This document shows positions 54,491 through 64,000 of a stretch of DNA of 64,000 bases, one piece after another. The notes below the pieces were generated by a model that worked only from the letters and a program-made list of their open reading frames with translations, searched no databases and had not been told where the DNA came from. The stretch spans positions 26,306 through 90,305 of the forward strand of contig JBEIJN010000003.1 of assembly GCA_040380225.1 (NCBI GenBank). Direction: 5' to 3'. Made by a program: the position numbers and the translations under genes. Position 1 is the first letter of the stretch, and every line of letters begins with the position of its first letter. The stretch is from Verrucomicrobiia bacterium. GTDB taxonomy: Bacteria > Verrucomicrobiota > Verrucomicrobiia > Chthoniobacterales > UBA6821.

Positions 54491-55331
54491 TGCCTTTGAC
54501 TGCTTCGATGAATCTTGGGATCCCTTGGTAATCGGGAAGGGCGACGATGTCGCGATAATTATGCCCCGCAAGGCATGCCATGACAGCCTCGGACTGGCCG
54601 ATGCCGATCTCCAGAAGGAGGTGGCCGCCGCAATCAAGCCGCTCGAAGGCAAGTGGGGCGAGGCGATAGATAAGGTCAAGTCCCTCGGATCCTCCGTCGA
54701 GTGCGAGGATCGGATCGTTGCGCACCTCGCGGCTGAGGGAGGGGATTTCGCCGGAGGGAATGTAGGGGAGATTTGCGGTGATGAGATCGAAGGTGGACTC
54801 TCCAGGTGGCATCAGGTCAGCTTCATGGAAATTGACACGATCGACGCCGAGTAAAGCGGCATTCTCCTTGGCAAGGCTGAGTGCCTCGGGAGAGATGTCG
54901 GTGGCCGAGACGATGGCCTCGGGCCGCTCAAGAGCCATGGTCAGGGAAATCACGCCGCTCCCGGTGGCGATATCCAGGATGGAGGCAGCGGCAGGATAGG
55001 TCAGGGCGCGTTCGATCAGTTGCTCGGTCTCGGGGCGCGGGATGAGTGCGCGCGCATCGCTCTTGAATGTTCTGCCACAGAATTCCGCCGTACCAAGGAG
55101 ATGCTGAAGAGGGATGCCGGTGCCGCGTCTTCGGACGAGATCGCGGAGGGGTTCACGTTCCTTCTCCCCGAGCGGTCGGTCGAACTGAAGGTAGAGTTCA
55201 AGGCGCTTGATCCCGAGAACATGGGCGAGGAGGTGCTCGGCATTGAGGCGCGGTGATTCCACCCCCTGTTTCCCCAGAAAGTCGGAGGCCCCCTTGAGGA
55301 CCTCCAGCAACGACATCATGGCCGTCGCCAT
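54483..55331 (-). CDS. prmC: Release-factor glutamine N5-methyltransferase PrmC/HemK
   Basis: SAM-binding ILDIATGSG and an NLPYI (NPPY-type) motif. It sits between prfA and murA. Confidence 0.85.
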   Translation of the reverse strand: MATAMMSLLEVLKGASDFLGKQGVESPRLNAEHLLAHVLGIKRLELYLQFDRPLGEKEREPLRDLVRRRGTGIPLQHLLGTAEFCGRTFKSDARALIPRPETEQLIERALTYPAAASILDIATGSGVISLTMALERPEAIVSATDISPEALSLAKENAALLGVDRVNFHEADLMPPGESTFDLITANLPYIPSGEIPSLSREVRNDPILALDGGSEGLDLIYRLAPLAFERLDCGGHLLLEIGIGQSEAVMACLAGHNYRDIVALPDYQGIPRFIEAVKGNG

Positions 55332-55333
55332 CC

Positions 55334-56422
55334 TCAGTTGCCCTCGGAGGCGGATTGCTCGAGGCGATCCTGGGTATCGGCGGCCTCGATGGCTGCGATC
55401 AGGTCCGCGATTTCCCCCTCCATAACACGGTCGAGGTTGTAGAGCGTTAGTCCGATCCGGTGGTCGGTGAGGCGGTTCTGGGGGAAGTTGTAGGTGCGGA
55501 TCTTCTCCTCTCGGCCCCCGGAGCCGATCTGGCTCTTGCGGTGTGCTGCGTATTTCTGAGCCTCCTCCTCGCGCTTCTCCTCAAGCAGTCGGGAACGGAG
55601 AATGGTGAGTGCCTTTTCCTTGTTCTTCTGCTGGCTACGCCCGTCCTGACAGCGAACGATCTTGCCCGTCGGGATGTGCATCACCTGAACGGCGGAGTCG
55701 GTGGTGTTGACGCCCTGACCTCCGGGCCCACCGGCACGGCAGACCTCGATGCGGAGATCCTGGGGACGAAGCTCGACATCGACTTCCTCGGCCTCCGGAA
55801 GGACGGCCACGGTCGCCGTGGATGTATGGATGCGGCCCTGGGCCTCGGTGGCAGGGACACGCTGGACGCGGTGCACGCCGCTCTCGTAACGGAGCCTGCG
55901 GAAGACATCGTCTCCAAAGACCTGGAAGATCACTTCCTTGAAGCCGCCCGCATCGTTGGGGCTTGCCTCCAGCATCTCGGTGCGGAGTCCGTTTGCCTCG
56001 GCGTAGCGGGTGTACATGCGGTAGAGGTCACCGGCAAAGATCGCCGCCTCGGAACCGCCTGCCCCGGCTCGGATCTCGACGATGGCGTCGCGGTCATCGT
56101 CGGGTTGCGGAGGAAGAAGGGTGATGAGGACGGCCTGATCGAGTTTGGGGATGCGGGCATTGATCTCCTCGATCTCGGCCTTGGCCAGTTCGGCCATCTC
56201 CGCGTCGCTCCCCTTGGCCAGTTCCTCGTTTTCGATCAACTGCCTGCGGCACCCCTCGAGTTCGTCCCACGTGGAGAGGAGTTCCTTGACCCGCGCATGC
56301 TCCTTGAGGACCTCTCGCGCTTTCTTGGCGTCGTCAAAAAGTGACGGATCCGTGATGGACTTCTCCAACTCGTCAAAGCGCACACGGTGCTTGGCGATGA
56401 GGGGAGTGAAATCGAGATTCAT
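55334..56422 (-). CDS. prfA: Peptide chain release factor 1
   Basis: PAT tripeptide (RVPATEAQGRIHTS) and GGQ (GGPGGQGVN). Start placed at MNLDFTPL. Confidence 0.9.
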   Translation of the reverse strand: MNLDFTPLIAKHRVRFDELEKSITDPSLFDDAKKAREVLKEHARVKELLSTWDELEGCRRQLIENEELAKGSDAEMAELAKAEIEEINARIPKLDQAVLITLLPPQPDDDRDAIVEIRAGAGGSEAAIFAGDLYRMYTRYAEANGLRTEMLEASPNDAGGFKEVIFQVFGDDVFRRLRYESGVHRVQRVPATEAQGRIHTSTATVAVLPEAEEVDVELRPQDLRIEVCRAGGPGGQGVNTTDSAVQVMHIPTGKIVRCQDGRSQQKNKEKALTILRSRLLEEKREEEAQKYAAHRKSQIGSGGREEKIRTYNFPQNRLTDHRIGLTLYNLDRVMEGEIADLIAAIEAADTQDRLEQSASEGN

Positions 56423-56500
56423 GGCGGTTGAATCGGGAAACCGCCAAGCCACGTGTCACCGTGTGCCGAGGTTCTCCCGACGCGTGTCGGGAGTCGTCAG

Positions 56501-56743
56501 CTAGGCCTTGCTGGCAAGCTTTGGCTTGGTCGCGCGGGTGGCGCGGACATTGCCGTAGCGGCGGGCGAACTTCTCGATGCGGCCTGCCGTGTCGATGAAC
56601 TTCTGCTCACCGGTGAAGTAAGGGTGGCAGGAGGAGCAGATGCCGATCTTGATGTTCTCGCGGGTGGAGCGGGTCTTGTAAGCGGCTCCGCAGGCGCAAA
56701 TGATCGTGGTGTCGTTGTAATCGGGATGAAGACCGGCTTTCAT
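56501..56743 (-). CDS. rpmE: 50S ribosomal protein L31
   Basis: MKAGLHPDY...CACG...CSSCHPFYTG-type zinc-binding L31 pattern. Confidence 0.9.
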   Translation of the reverse strand: MKAGLHPDYNDTTIICACGAAYKTRSTRENIKIGICSSCHPYFTGEQKFIDTAGRIEKFARRYGNVRATRATKPKLASKA

Positions 56744-56967
56744 AAGAGTCGGTTAGGATGGCGGATCTGGAGACGAAAGGCAAAAGGAAAAATCATGAAT
56801 GCAAAAGGAGGTGGAAGTTGCCGTCCGAGAGGGGTGGCGGGGGCCACCCCATCTGGTTCAAAGGGATGGAATGCTCAACTGGGAGGATGCATCACACCAA
56901 ATCCTGCATCAGCACTGGGGGGGAGATGGGATGCTCTGGTCGGGATATAGCGGATTTTAAGCCGCTA

Positions 56968-58089
56968 TCACCCGCGCCCTCCGAACAACATGATCATGAT
57001 CTCGATCACGATGAGGAGGATGATGGCAAGCTCCAGGAGTTCCGAGCGTGCCCCGGATGCCTCCCCGTGGAGTGCGGAATAGGTGTCACGGATGATATCG
57101 AGTTTCTTTCCGACTGCCGCACTGACGGCAGGAACGCGCAGGTTTTCCAGCGTGGCCTGGTAGATGCGCGCCAGATAGACGTCTCCCGTGACCTGAAGGA
57201 CGCTTTCGGCTTTTTCGGTGAGTTCCGTCACCTCCGCCACCAGCGTGTGGAGTTTGCGGGCGAGGTGGGCAAACCTTCGGGATGAAAGGATATTCCTTGT
57301 CAGGCGCGCCTTCCTGACGAGCTCGTACATACGCGGGAGTTCATCGTTGAGCAGTTGGTCGTAGTAGCGGAACTCGAGTAACTGGGCGTTGGCCACCTCG
57401 ATGATGTCGGCCACGTCGGAATCGTTGCGGGGTTCATGGATGAAGGCCCTGTCCCAGGTCACGACGACCAGGTCATCGTCATAGTAGGAGAAGCTCTGGC
57501 GAAGTAGGTCAGCGCGTGCTTTTGCGGAGAGGTTTCTCTGTTCACCCGTAAGGATGGGGACGAGATCAATCCTTCCGGGAAGATCTGCGCCGATCACCGG
57601 CTCATTCCATTGATCCACTACTGCGATGAGATGATCCTCCTGCAGGAGGCTGCTTGTGGGTCTGCTCAGGGCGGAGCCGAGATCCTTTCGGAGGTGATCC
57701 AGCATGAGGCGCCAGGGACTATCCCCGGATGCCGCACCGATCAGGCGGTCCACCTCGTTGGTGAACCCGGTGAACTCCTCCCAACTCATCGCGGTGGCAG
57801 GGACCCTGATTGATAGGGAGGCCACGCCGAAGTCGTAGAGACGTGCTGTGACGGGGCAGGTGAGGGGGGTATTCCCGACCTTCAGGATCAGGGGATCCAG
57901 CGAGATGTGGAGTGGTGGAACCTCGAAGCTGATCGCCTTGGTCGGTGCCGAGACGAGGGTACTCCTGACGGCAGCCCCTTTGGAGCGACCTGACCAGAGG
58001 GATTCGACCTGTTTCAGGTCGATCGAATAGGCAATATCAAAGAGCCTTAGGGCGATGACAGCCCCTGATTGGACGCGTAGCTCTGCCAT
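56968..58089 (-). CDS. Hypothetical protein with a C-terminal TM helix (possibly RMD1/DUF155-like)
   Basis: 373-aa ORF with a hydrophobic C-terminal segment (LAIILLIVIEIMIMLFG). The family assignment is tentative. Confidence 0.4.
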   Translation of the reverse strand: MAELRVQSGAVIALRLFDIAYSIDLKQVESLWSGRSKGAAVRSTLVSAPTKAISFEVPPLHISLDPLILKVGNTPLTCPVTARLYDFGVASLSIRVPATAMSWEEFTGFTNEVDRLIGAASGDSPWRLMLDHLRKDLGSALSRPTSSLLQEDHLIAVVDQWNEPVIGADLPGRIDLVPILTGEQRNLSAKARADLLRQSFSYYDDDLVVVTWDRAFIHEPRNDSDVADIIEVANAQLLEFRYYDQLLNDELPRMYELVRKARLTRNILSSRRFAHLARKLHTLVAEVTELTEKAESVLQVTGDVYLARIYQATLENLRVPAVSAAVGKKLDIIRDTYSALHGEASGARSELLELAIILLIVIEIMIMLFGGRG

Positions 58090-58125
58090 GATGTCGGGAA
58101 TCGCTGCCCGATTCCTGACTTCAAC

Positions 58126-60687
58126 CTAAGGCATCACTGGTGGAAGGGCAACCCCCGCAGATTCTGTATTGGGCTTGCCAAGGGGCGGGAGAGTAACTGA
58201 CTGACGGATATCCCTTTCCGAAAGGCCGAGGTCCAGTCGGATGCTTCCTGAAGGGGAGACCCATTGTTTCTGGTCGGGGTGCCAGTAACGGAGGGCCTCG
58301 GTTGGAACCTGAATCGTGGGTTTGGATGATTCGCCCGGCTTGAGTTCCATGCGCTGGAACCCGCAGAGTTGACGCAGCGGGCGCTGGGTTTCTTCCTCGG
58401 GAAGCCCCAGATACAGCTGGAGAACCGTTGCGCCCTGCCGGTTTCCGGTATTCTTCACGATGACGGTGACCTGGAGACCGTCACCCGAGACAGATGCTTC
58501 CATTCCCGAAAGCTCGAATGATGTGTAGCTCAACCCGTATCCGAAGGGGAAAAGAGGAGTCTTTCCCATGCGGTCATAGCCACGGTAGCCGTAGAAGATG
58601 CCCTCATGGTAGTCCACCACGGGCCAATCCTTCCCTTCCGGGAAAGTTCCCGGGTAATGGCGGAATGCGGGGTTCTCATCAATCGTTCTGTCGAAGGTGC
58701 AGGGAAGGTGACCCGAGGGATTGGCGTCACCGAAGAGCACCGAGGCGAGGGCCGTCCCCGCTTCCTGTCCGAGATACCATGTCTGAAGCACCGCGGGCAC
58801 CTTGCCGATCCACGGGCGCATATCGACGCCAGCTCCGCCGCTCAAGACGACGATGGTACGGGGATTCGCTTCGCAGACCTGCTTGATGAGAAGTTGCTGG
58901 CTGATCGGAAGGGCAAACCCCCGGTCGAACCCCTCTCCCTCGACCTCCGGTGTCAGGCCTACGCAGACCACGGCCACGTCGGCACTCTTGGCCGGGAATG
59001 TTCCGGTCGCCTCCTCGGCCACGGGAATGATCTTCACGGAGACCCTGCCGCTTCCGCGCCCCACCTCACTGGCGGTGATTTTCAGGGGAATGCGGCTCCC
59101 TTGTTCAAGGGTCATGACATAGCTGTCGGGATTACCGAGTTCGCGGTCTCCGAGGCGGATCTCCGGATGTCCCTCGGCGACGAGTTCGTAGATCCCACCC
59201 TGTGGAACCTCGATTTCGGCATCCCATGTGATCCGTGCCTCGCGCCCCTTGGGGACATCCTCGGGGGGGGAGTTCTTTCCCCATGAGATTCCGATCGTCC
59301 GTTCCGTCGAGGTGGTGACCCTGGTGAAATTGGGTTGGTCGATGCTCGTCATCTTCCTGATGCCGGTGATCCTCGGCGGGATGGGAACCGGCTTTCCGTA
59401 TTCGAGGAAGTCGAAGACCGAGAAGGGCTTCTTGGCCCGGATCGGCGCGTAGAAGACCTCCGTTCCCTCAGGCAGGGCCTTGCGGATTCCCTCCAGAAAG
59501 CTGACCTTCCTGAACGGGGTGACTCCGCCGCTTCCTCCACCCACGGCCGGGGTGTCCTGGGCATTGGGACCATAGACAACCACTCGATGCATCTTTGCCT
59601 TGTCGAGCGGAAGGAGCAAGGGATCATTCTTGAGCAGAACGATCGACCTGGTCGCCACTTCGAGGGCAAGGGCAGAGTTGGCCGGGGAATCGAGAGGCAG
59701 GTCCTTCCTGAGCTGTTCCCTGTCGAGGAATCCCATCGAGACGGCCATGCGCAGCAGCCTGCGGACCGCGTCGTCGATCCGCTCGTTCGAGAGCCGTCCC
59801 TCCCGCAGTGCCTTGGCGACGCTTTCCTTGGTCACGCGGTAGGCCATCGGCATTTCCAGGTCGAGTCCCCTGGCAATCGAGTCCACGGAGTCTGTCGCCC
59901 ACCAATCCGACATCACAAGCCCGGGGAATCCCCATTCCTTCTTGAGGATCTCCTCCTGCAACTGCTTGTTGGAGGTGCTGGGAAAACCGTTGAGCTTGTT
60001 GTAGGCCGACATCACCGACCAGACTCCACCGCTTTCCACTGCCTTGAGGAAGGGATGAAGATAGATCTCACGAAGTGTCTGCTCGTTCATGATCGACTCG
60101 ATCTCCATGCGTCTCCATTCGGTGTCGTTGCCGACATAGTGCTTCACCGTTGCCGCGACTCCCTGGCTCTGGAGCCCGCGGATCCATTCCGATGAGAGCT
60201 TCCCGGTCAGGAAGGGATCCTCTCCGAAATACTCGAAGTTGCGACCGTTGAGCGGTGTGCGTGCGATGTTCACCCCCGGGCCGAGCTGGATATGGATGCC
60301 ACGGGAACGGGCTTCACGGCCCAACGCCTCGCCGTAAAGGAAGGCGAGCTTCGGATCCCATGTGGCCGCAAGGGCGATCCCGCTCGGGAAAGAGCAGGCG
60401 GGACCGTGGGCACGCACCCCTTGGGGGCCGTCGGCCATGACGAGCTTCGGGATGCCGAGTCGGGGAATGGCGATCGTCGACATGCCGTCGTTGCCGTCAC
60501 CGGCAAGGAGGCTGATCTTTTCCTCTTCCGTGAGTTTACCAAGCAAATGCTCCACCCGTCGTTCGATCGCGGCGGCTTGATCGCCGGTTGGATAGGGATG
60601 TGCTGCCGGGGCCTCTGCTCGATTGACGGAGGCGTGCAGCGGGGCTGCTGCAAGCAGTGCTGCAAGGATTCCGGCAAGGAGCCTCAT
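58126..60687 (-). CDS. Secreted glycoside hydrolase family 3 beta-glucosidase (BglX-like)
   Basis: Signal peptide. GH3 N-domain (DGPQGVR, KHYVGND, VMSDWWA nucleophile region), a C-domain, and an Fn3-like C-terminus. Confidence 0.85.
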   Translation of the reverse strand: MRLLAGILAALLAAAPLHASVNRAEAPAAHPYPTGDQAAAIERRVEHLLGKLTEEEKISLLAGDGNDGMSTIAIPRLGIPKLVMADGPQGVRAHGPACSFPSGIALAATWDPKLAFLYGEALGREARSRGIHIQLGPGVNIARTPLNGRNFEYFGEDPFLTGKLSSEWIRGLQSQGVAATVKHYVGNDTEWRRMEIESIMNEQTLREIYLHPFLKAVESGGVWSVMSAYNKLNGFPSTSNKQLQEEILKKEWGFPGLVMSDWWATDSVDSIARGLDLEMPMAYRVTKESVAKALREGRLSNERIDDAVRRLLRMAVSMGFLDREQLRKDLPLDSPANSALALEVATRSIVLLKNDPLLLPLDKAKMHRVVVYGPNAQDTPAVGGGSGGVTPFRKVSFLEGIRKALPEGTEVFYAPIRAKKPFSVFDFLEYGKPVPIPPRITGIRKMTSIDQPNFTRVTTSTERTIGISWGKNSPPEDVPKGREARITWDAEIEVPQGGIYELVAEGHPEIRLGDRELGNPDSYVMTLEQGSRIPLKITASEVGRGSGRVSVKIIPVAEEATGTFPAKSADVAVVCVGLTPEVEGEGFDRGFALPISQQLLIKQVCEANPRTIVVLSGGAGVDMRPWIGKVPAVLQTWYLGQEAGTALASVLFGDANPSGHLPCTFDRTIDENPAFRHYPGTFPEGKDWPVVDYHEGIFYGYRGYDRMGKTPLFPFGYGLSYTSFELSGMEASVSGDGLQVTVIVKNTGNRQGATVLQLYLGLPEEETQRPLRQLCGFQRMELKPGESSKPTIQVPTEALRYWHPDQKQWVSPSGSIRLDLGLSERDIRQSVTLPPLGKPNTESAGVALPPVMP

Positions 60688-61499
60688 GATTCGCTCACGT
60701 GGGCGGTGGCATCAAAGGCTGCAACCTGATCGAGAATGACATGTTCCATCATCGGGTCGGTGCCGATAGCGCTTCCGTAGTAGAGATTCTTACCGTGCAG
60801 GTGATGAGGATTTGTCTGGAAGACTTCCGACTGACTTGCTGCAGGCCCGACTTCCTCCCGGATGCCGAGCAGGACAGGGATGTCCTGATAGCTGTGCAGT
60901 CCGTCACTGATGAAGAAGGGGATCACCACGACGTTGTTCTGGGTTGTCATCGTCGCCCAGTCGCTCACGAGCGGGGCCTCCTCCATGTAGGTGGGAAGGA
61001 CTTCGGCGTAGAGGCCGAGCGCGGCTAGCAGTGCCACCTGTTTCTTGGCCGCCTTGGCCGAGTTGTCGTTGAGATTCGTCCCGTGACCGACGATCAGGAG
61101 ACTTGTCTCCTGCGTCGGAATGCCGGGAGCCGTCTCCCGGGCACGCTTGAGCAGCACGGATGTCATCGACTCGTGGTTGCCGACCGGTTCGCAGTAGCGG
61201 ATCCGCTTTCCGTCACGCAGGGTGAGGGGGCCTTCGAGTTGAAGTTCACGGGGGATGACCGTCTGGGTGAAGTACCCCTCGCTGATGAAGTTCGGAACGA
61301 TGTAGATATCGGATGAGGAGATGGAGTGGAGCACCTCGCGCATCGAGGGTTCCTCCTTCCAGAAGCAGCAGAGCACCTCGTCGAAGAACCCCTTGGAGCG
61401 GATCGAGTCGGCCAGCAGGTGGTTCGGCTCGCTGGAATCGGGGTTGGTCGTCGATCCATGTCCGACGATCACGAGTGCTGTGCCGGTTCGCTTCTGCAT
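60684..61499 (-). CDS. CbiX/SirB-type (sirohydrochlorin) chelatase, double-domain
   Basis: Two VGHGS/VGHGT repeats, plus PNFISEGY and PFFISDGLH motifs typical of CbiX. Confidence 0.7.
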   Translation of the reverse strand: MQKRTGTALVIVGHGSTTNPDSSEPNHLLADSIRSKGFFDEVLCCFWKEEPSMREVLHSISSSDIYIVPNFISEGYFTQTVIPRELQLEGPLTLRDGKRIRYCEPVGNHESMTSVLLKRARETAPGIPTQETSLLIVGHGTNLNDNSAKAAKKQVALLAALGLYAEVLPTYMEEAPLVSDWATMTTQNNVVVIPFFISDGLHSYQDIPVLLGIREEVGPAASQSEVFQTNPHHLHGKNLYYGSAIGTDPMMEHVILDQVAAFDATAHVSES

Positions 61500-61674
61500 G
61501 AGGATCAGTTAATCACGAAACCTGGAAATCAGGAAGTCATGGAAAGAAGGGATTTCCGCATGGGGAAAATCAGCCTCCCCGCTCCATCGAATGGGTGGAG
61601 GAAGGGGCAAGAGCATGATTCCACACCCTCGTGCCCGATCTTAAGGATTCAAAAGGGATTTTCTTATCAGACAA

Positions 61675-63069
61675 TCAGAAGCGAACCTCTTGATCATGAT
61701 AAGTTCCGGCCTCGATGTTCCGTGCTGTGCCGCCGGTGTTTTCCATCAGCACATCCCCCTTGATGATCACGCCTGATTCAAATTGGATCGGGCCTTTGAC
61801 CGTGAGGGAGGCGCAGTCGATCAGGCTAGGAACGCCTAATGCCTCGATCTGGTCGACCAGTTTGTAATCATCCGAGAGAGTGATCACCGGCGGGACCCCC
61901 TTGCGGGATGCGGCGAGGCGGACTTGTCCGTTCCCGAGCACGTCATATGCATCGGAGCGCAGGGCCAGTAGATCGGATGTTGTCTTTACCGGTGCGAAGC
62001 GACTGCGCGGGACTTCGATTGCCGAGGCACCTTGAAAGCACTCGATAGCGGCACCCATCGCGGTTTCCAATTGAACCACGGGCGTTGATTTTTTGTCGCG
62101 AGGGTCGACCGTCTTATTGTTCCGGATCATCGGCAGGGGGAGTGCCCCGGCATTCGCCACAAGCTGTTCTTTGAGCAGATCAAGGCGTATCCAGAGACTG
62201 TTAGTGTTGAAGTAGCGGTGTCGAGCGATGTCCTGGAATGAATCCAGATCCTCGTCGGGACATTGGGCCACCTCGCGCAGAAGCAGTCTTCCGTCAGCCT
62301 TACGGACCGCAAGATGACCTCCCTTGCGGTCAGCCGCCGTCCGCCGCGTGACCTCCATGAGGAAGGGTGAACCCGATTCCGCGAAATGACGCAGGATCAC
62401 GGGGTCGAGAATCGCTCCCAGATTATCGGAGTTGGAGACGAAGGCGTATCTGACACCCTCCGCCAGCAGTCGATCAAGCCATCCGCTCCCGACCAATGCG
62501 GGATAGAGGTCGCCATGACCCGGCGGGCACCATTCGAGTTCGGGATCGGCCGGCCATTCCACGGGTTCCATGGTCCGCGCGTCGATCTTGGGGATCTGAT
62601 TCTGCATCAACTCCACCTCGCCGGCATCGGCGAGACCGTCGGCGCGGTAGTGATCCAGGTGGGCCAGCGTCTCCCGACTTGTGCTGAAGCTGTTCATCAG
62701 AAGGAGGCGGACTGCGGTCCCGCTCCGTTTACGCAGATCCATGATCTGACGCACCATGAGGTCGAGAAAGTTGACGCCGTCGCGGACGGCCAGAAGGCTC
62801 TTCGGCCCCTGAAGGCCCATGCCCGTGCCCAGTCCGCCATTGAGTTTGATCACCACCGCCTGGGACAGAAGAGCGGCATCGGCCGCACCGTCTTGCGCTG
62901 ACAGGGACTCTAGCGAGGCAAGCCCATCGGCCGGAGAGATCGAGGTCTCGGGAATCATCCCGGTCTCCTGACGCATCAGCGCCTCGTAATTGCGGCGGAA
63001 GGCGCGGATGACGGCTTCCCCCATTCCGGCGGAGGCCATCTTATTCTCAAATGCGGTGAAATTTCCCAT
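61675..63069 (-). CDS. UTP--glucose-1-phosphate uridylyltransferase, UDPGP (PF01704, eukaryote-type) family
   Basis: Start at MGNFTAFENK. Contains the KLNGGLGTGMG signature, an NSDNLGA motif, and a C-terminal beta-helix-like region. Confidence 0.8.
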   Translation of the reverse strand: MGNFTAFENKMASAGMGEAVIRAFRRNYEALMRQETGMIPETSISPADGLASLESLSAQDGAADAALLSQAVVIKLNGGLGTGMGLQGPKSLLAVRDGVNFLDLMVRQIMDLRKRSGTAVRLLLMNSFSTSRETLAHLDHYRADGLADAGEVELMQNQIPKIDARTMEPVEWPADPELEWCPPGHGDLYPALVGSGWLDRLLAEGVRYAFVSNSDNLGAILDPVILRHFAESGSPFLMEVTRRTAADRKGGHLAVRKADGRLLLREVAQCPDEDLDSFQDIARHRYFNTNSLWIRLDLLKEQLVANAGALPLPMIRNNKTVDPRDKKSTPVVQLETAMGAAIECFQGASAIEVPRSRFAPVKTTSDLLALRSDAYDVLGNGQVRLAASRKGVPPVITLSDDYKLVDQIEALGVPSLIDCASLTVKGPIQFESGVIIKGDVLMENTGGTARNIEAGTYHDQEVRF

Positions 63070-63239
63070 ATCGATTAAATTGAACCCCCAAAAAATGCCT
63101 CGCCGTGCTTCTTCGGTCACGCAGAAAGTCCTGCTCTTCCTTGTCAGGTATGCGGAGAGAATGGCGTTGCCCCGGCCCCTCGGCTCGGATAGCCAAGAAG
63201 ACCCTATTTCCTCCATTTTTACCCAGCAACCATCACTTT

Positions 63240-63998
63240 ATGAGCACCACCAACCAACCCCTTCAGGATCAAGTCGCCATTGTCACAGGAGCCGGACGCG
63301 GCATCGGGGAATCCATCGCCCGTTATTTCGTCGAGGCCGGGGCCAAGGTTGCCGTTGTCAGCCGCAGCGAGGCGAATTCCTCTAAGGTCGCCGCCGCACT
63401 CGAGGCGATCCGTCCGGGATCGGCCAAGGCCTACGCCGTCGATGTCGCCGATTTCGACGCCGTCCAGAAGGTCGGAGAGCAGATCGTGGCCGACTTCGGC
63501 CGTGCCGACATTCTCGTGAACAATGCGGGAATCACCAAGGACAACCTGCTCATGCGCATGTCCTCCGAGGACTGGGATGCCGTTCTCGACACAAACCTCA
63601 AGGGAGCCTTCAACTTCATCCGCGCCCTGCTCCGCACCATGATGAAGCAGCGCTCCGGCCGCATCATCAACATCAGCTCGGTCAGCGGTCTGATGGGGCT
63701 AGCCGGTCAGACCAACTACGCCGCCAGCAAGGCGGGCATGATCGGGCTCACCAAGGCGCTTGCCAAGGAAGTCGCCAGCCGCGGCATCACGGTGAATGTG
63801 GTGGCCCCCGGCTTCATCGAGACCGACATGACCGCCGTCCTCAACGAGGAGATCCGCAAGGGGGCCCTTGCGCAGATCCCCTTGGCACGCTTCGGCCAGC
63901 CCGAGGAGATCGCCGGAACGGTGGCCTTCCTCTCCGGCCCCTCCGCCTCCTACATCACCGGCCAGGTGCTCGCGGTCGACGGCGGGATGGCGATGTGA
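63240..63998 (+). CDS. fabG: 3-oxoacyl-[acyl-carrier-protein] reductase
   Basis: Start at MSTTNQPLQDQVAIVTGAGRGIG. Contains NNAGIT, a YAASKAG catalytic triad region, and a C-terminal GQVLAVDGGMAM. Confidence 0.9.
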   Translation: MSTTNQPLQDQVAIVTGAGRGIGESIARYFVEAGAKVAVVSRSEANSSKVAAALEAIRPGSAKAYAVDVADFDAVQKVGEQIVADFGRADILVNNAGITKDNLLMRMSSEDWDAVLDTNLKGAFNFIRALLRTMMKQRSGRIINISSVSGLMGLAGQTNYAASKAGMIGLTKALAKEVASRGITVNVVAPGFIETDMTAVLNEEIRKGALAQIPLARFGQPEEIAGTVAFLSGPSASYITGQVLAVDGGMAM

Positions 63999-64000
63999 GA

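Overview
High-GC bacterial chromosomal segment, densely packed with housekeeping genes on both strands. Gene content (a Minf_1886/TIGR04138-like protein, DUF1343/NamZ, a eukaryote-type UDPGP, many secreted glycosidases) suggests a PVC-group, Verrucomicrobiota-like organism; this is inference only.

Recognisable core genes:
- Biosynthesis and metabolism: trpG (5' truncated), lipB, argH, nadD, ppc, asd, fabG.
- Replication, repair and RNA: ruvC, rlmN, a DEAD-box helicase, umuDC, a dgt-like gene, cinA.
- Translation: rpsA, rsfS, gatCA, ychF, the rpmE / prfA-prmC-murA block.
- Secretion and envelope: tatC, nagZ with a divergent DUF1343/namZ.
- RNA genes: an SRP (4.5S) RNA and tRNA-Arg(CCT).

Accessory content:
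1. An IS4-family insertion sequence with clear inverted ends and a 9-bp target duplication.
2. A PIN/RHH toxin-antitoxin cassette bracketed by a 32-bp perfect direct repeat.
3. The most interesting item: a 276-bp, TA-flanked, strongly structured element bounded by terminal inverted repeats. It occurs twice in opposite orientations. Each copy splits an otherwise intact gene, a 3-methyladenine DNA glycosylase and a four-helix-bundle (23S-IVS/Avd-like) gene. Removing exactly 278 nt restores each ORF. The two copies carry compensatory double substitutions that preserve an internal 10-bp stem.
4. Nearly every intergenic spacer carries short purine-rich 'word' repeats, often arranged as long inverted arms. 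These include a GCAGAGGCGC-arm family at three loci and a three-hairpin REP-like module showing stem covariation.

No CRISPR array, rRNA or prophage was seen. All coordinates, alignments and folds were done by eye from the sequence. No database search was run.
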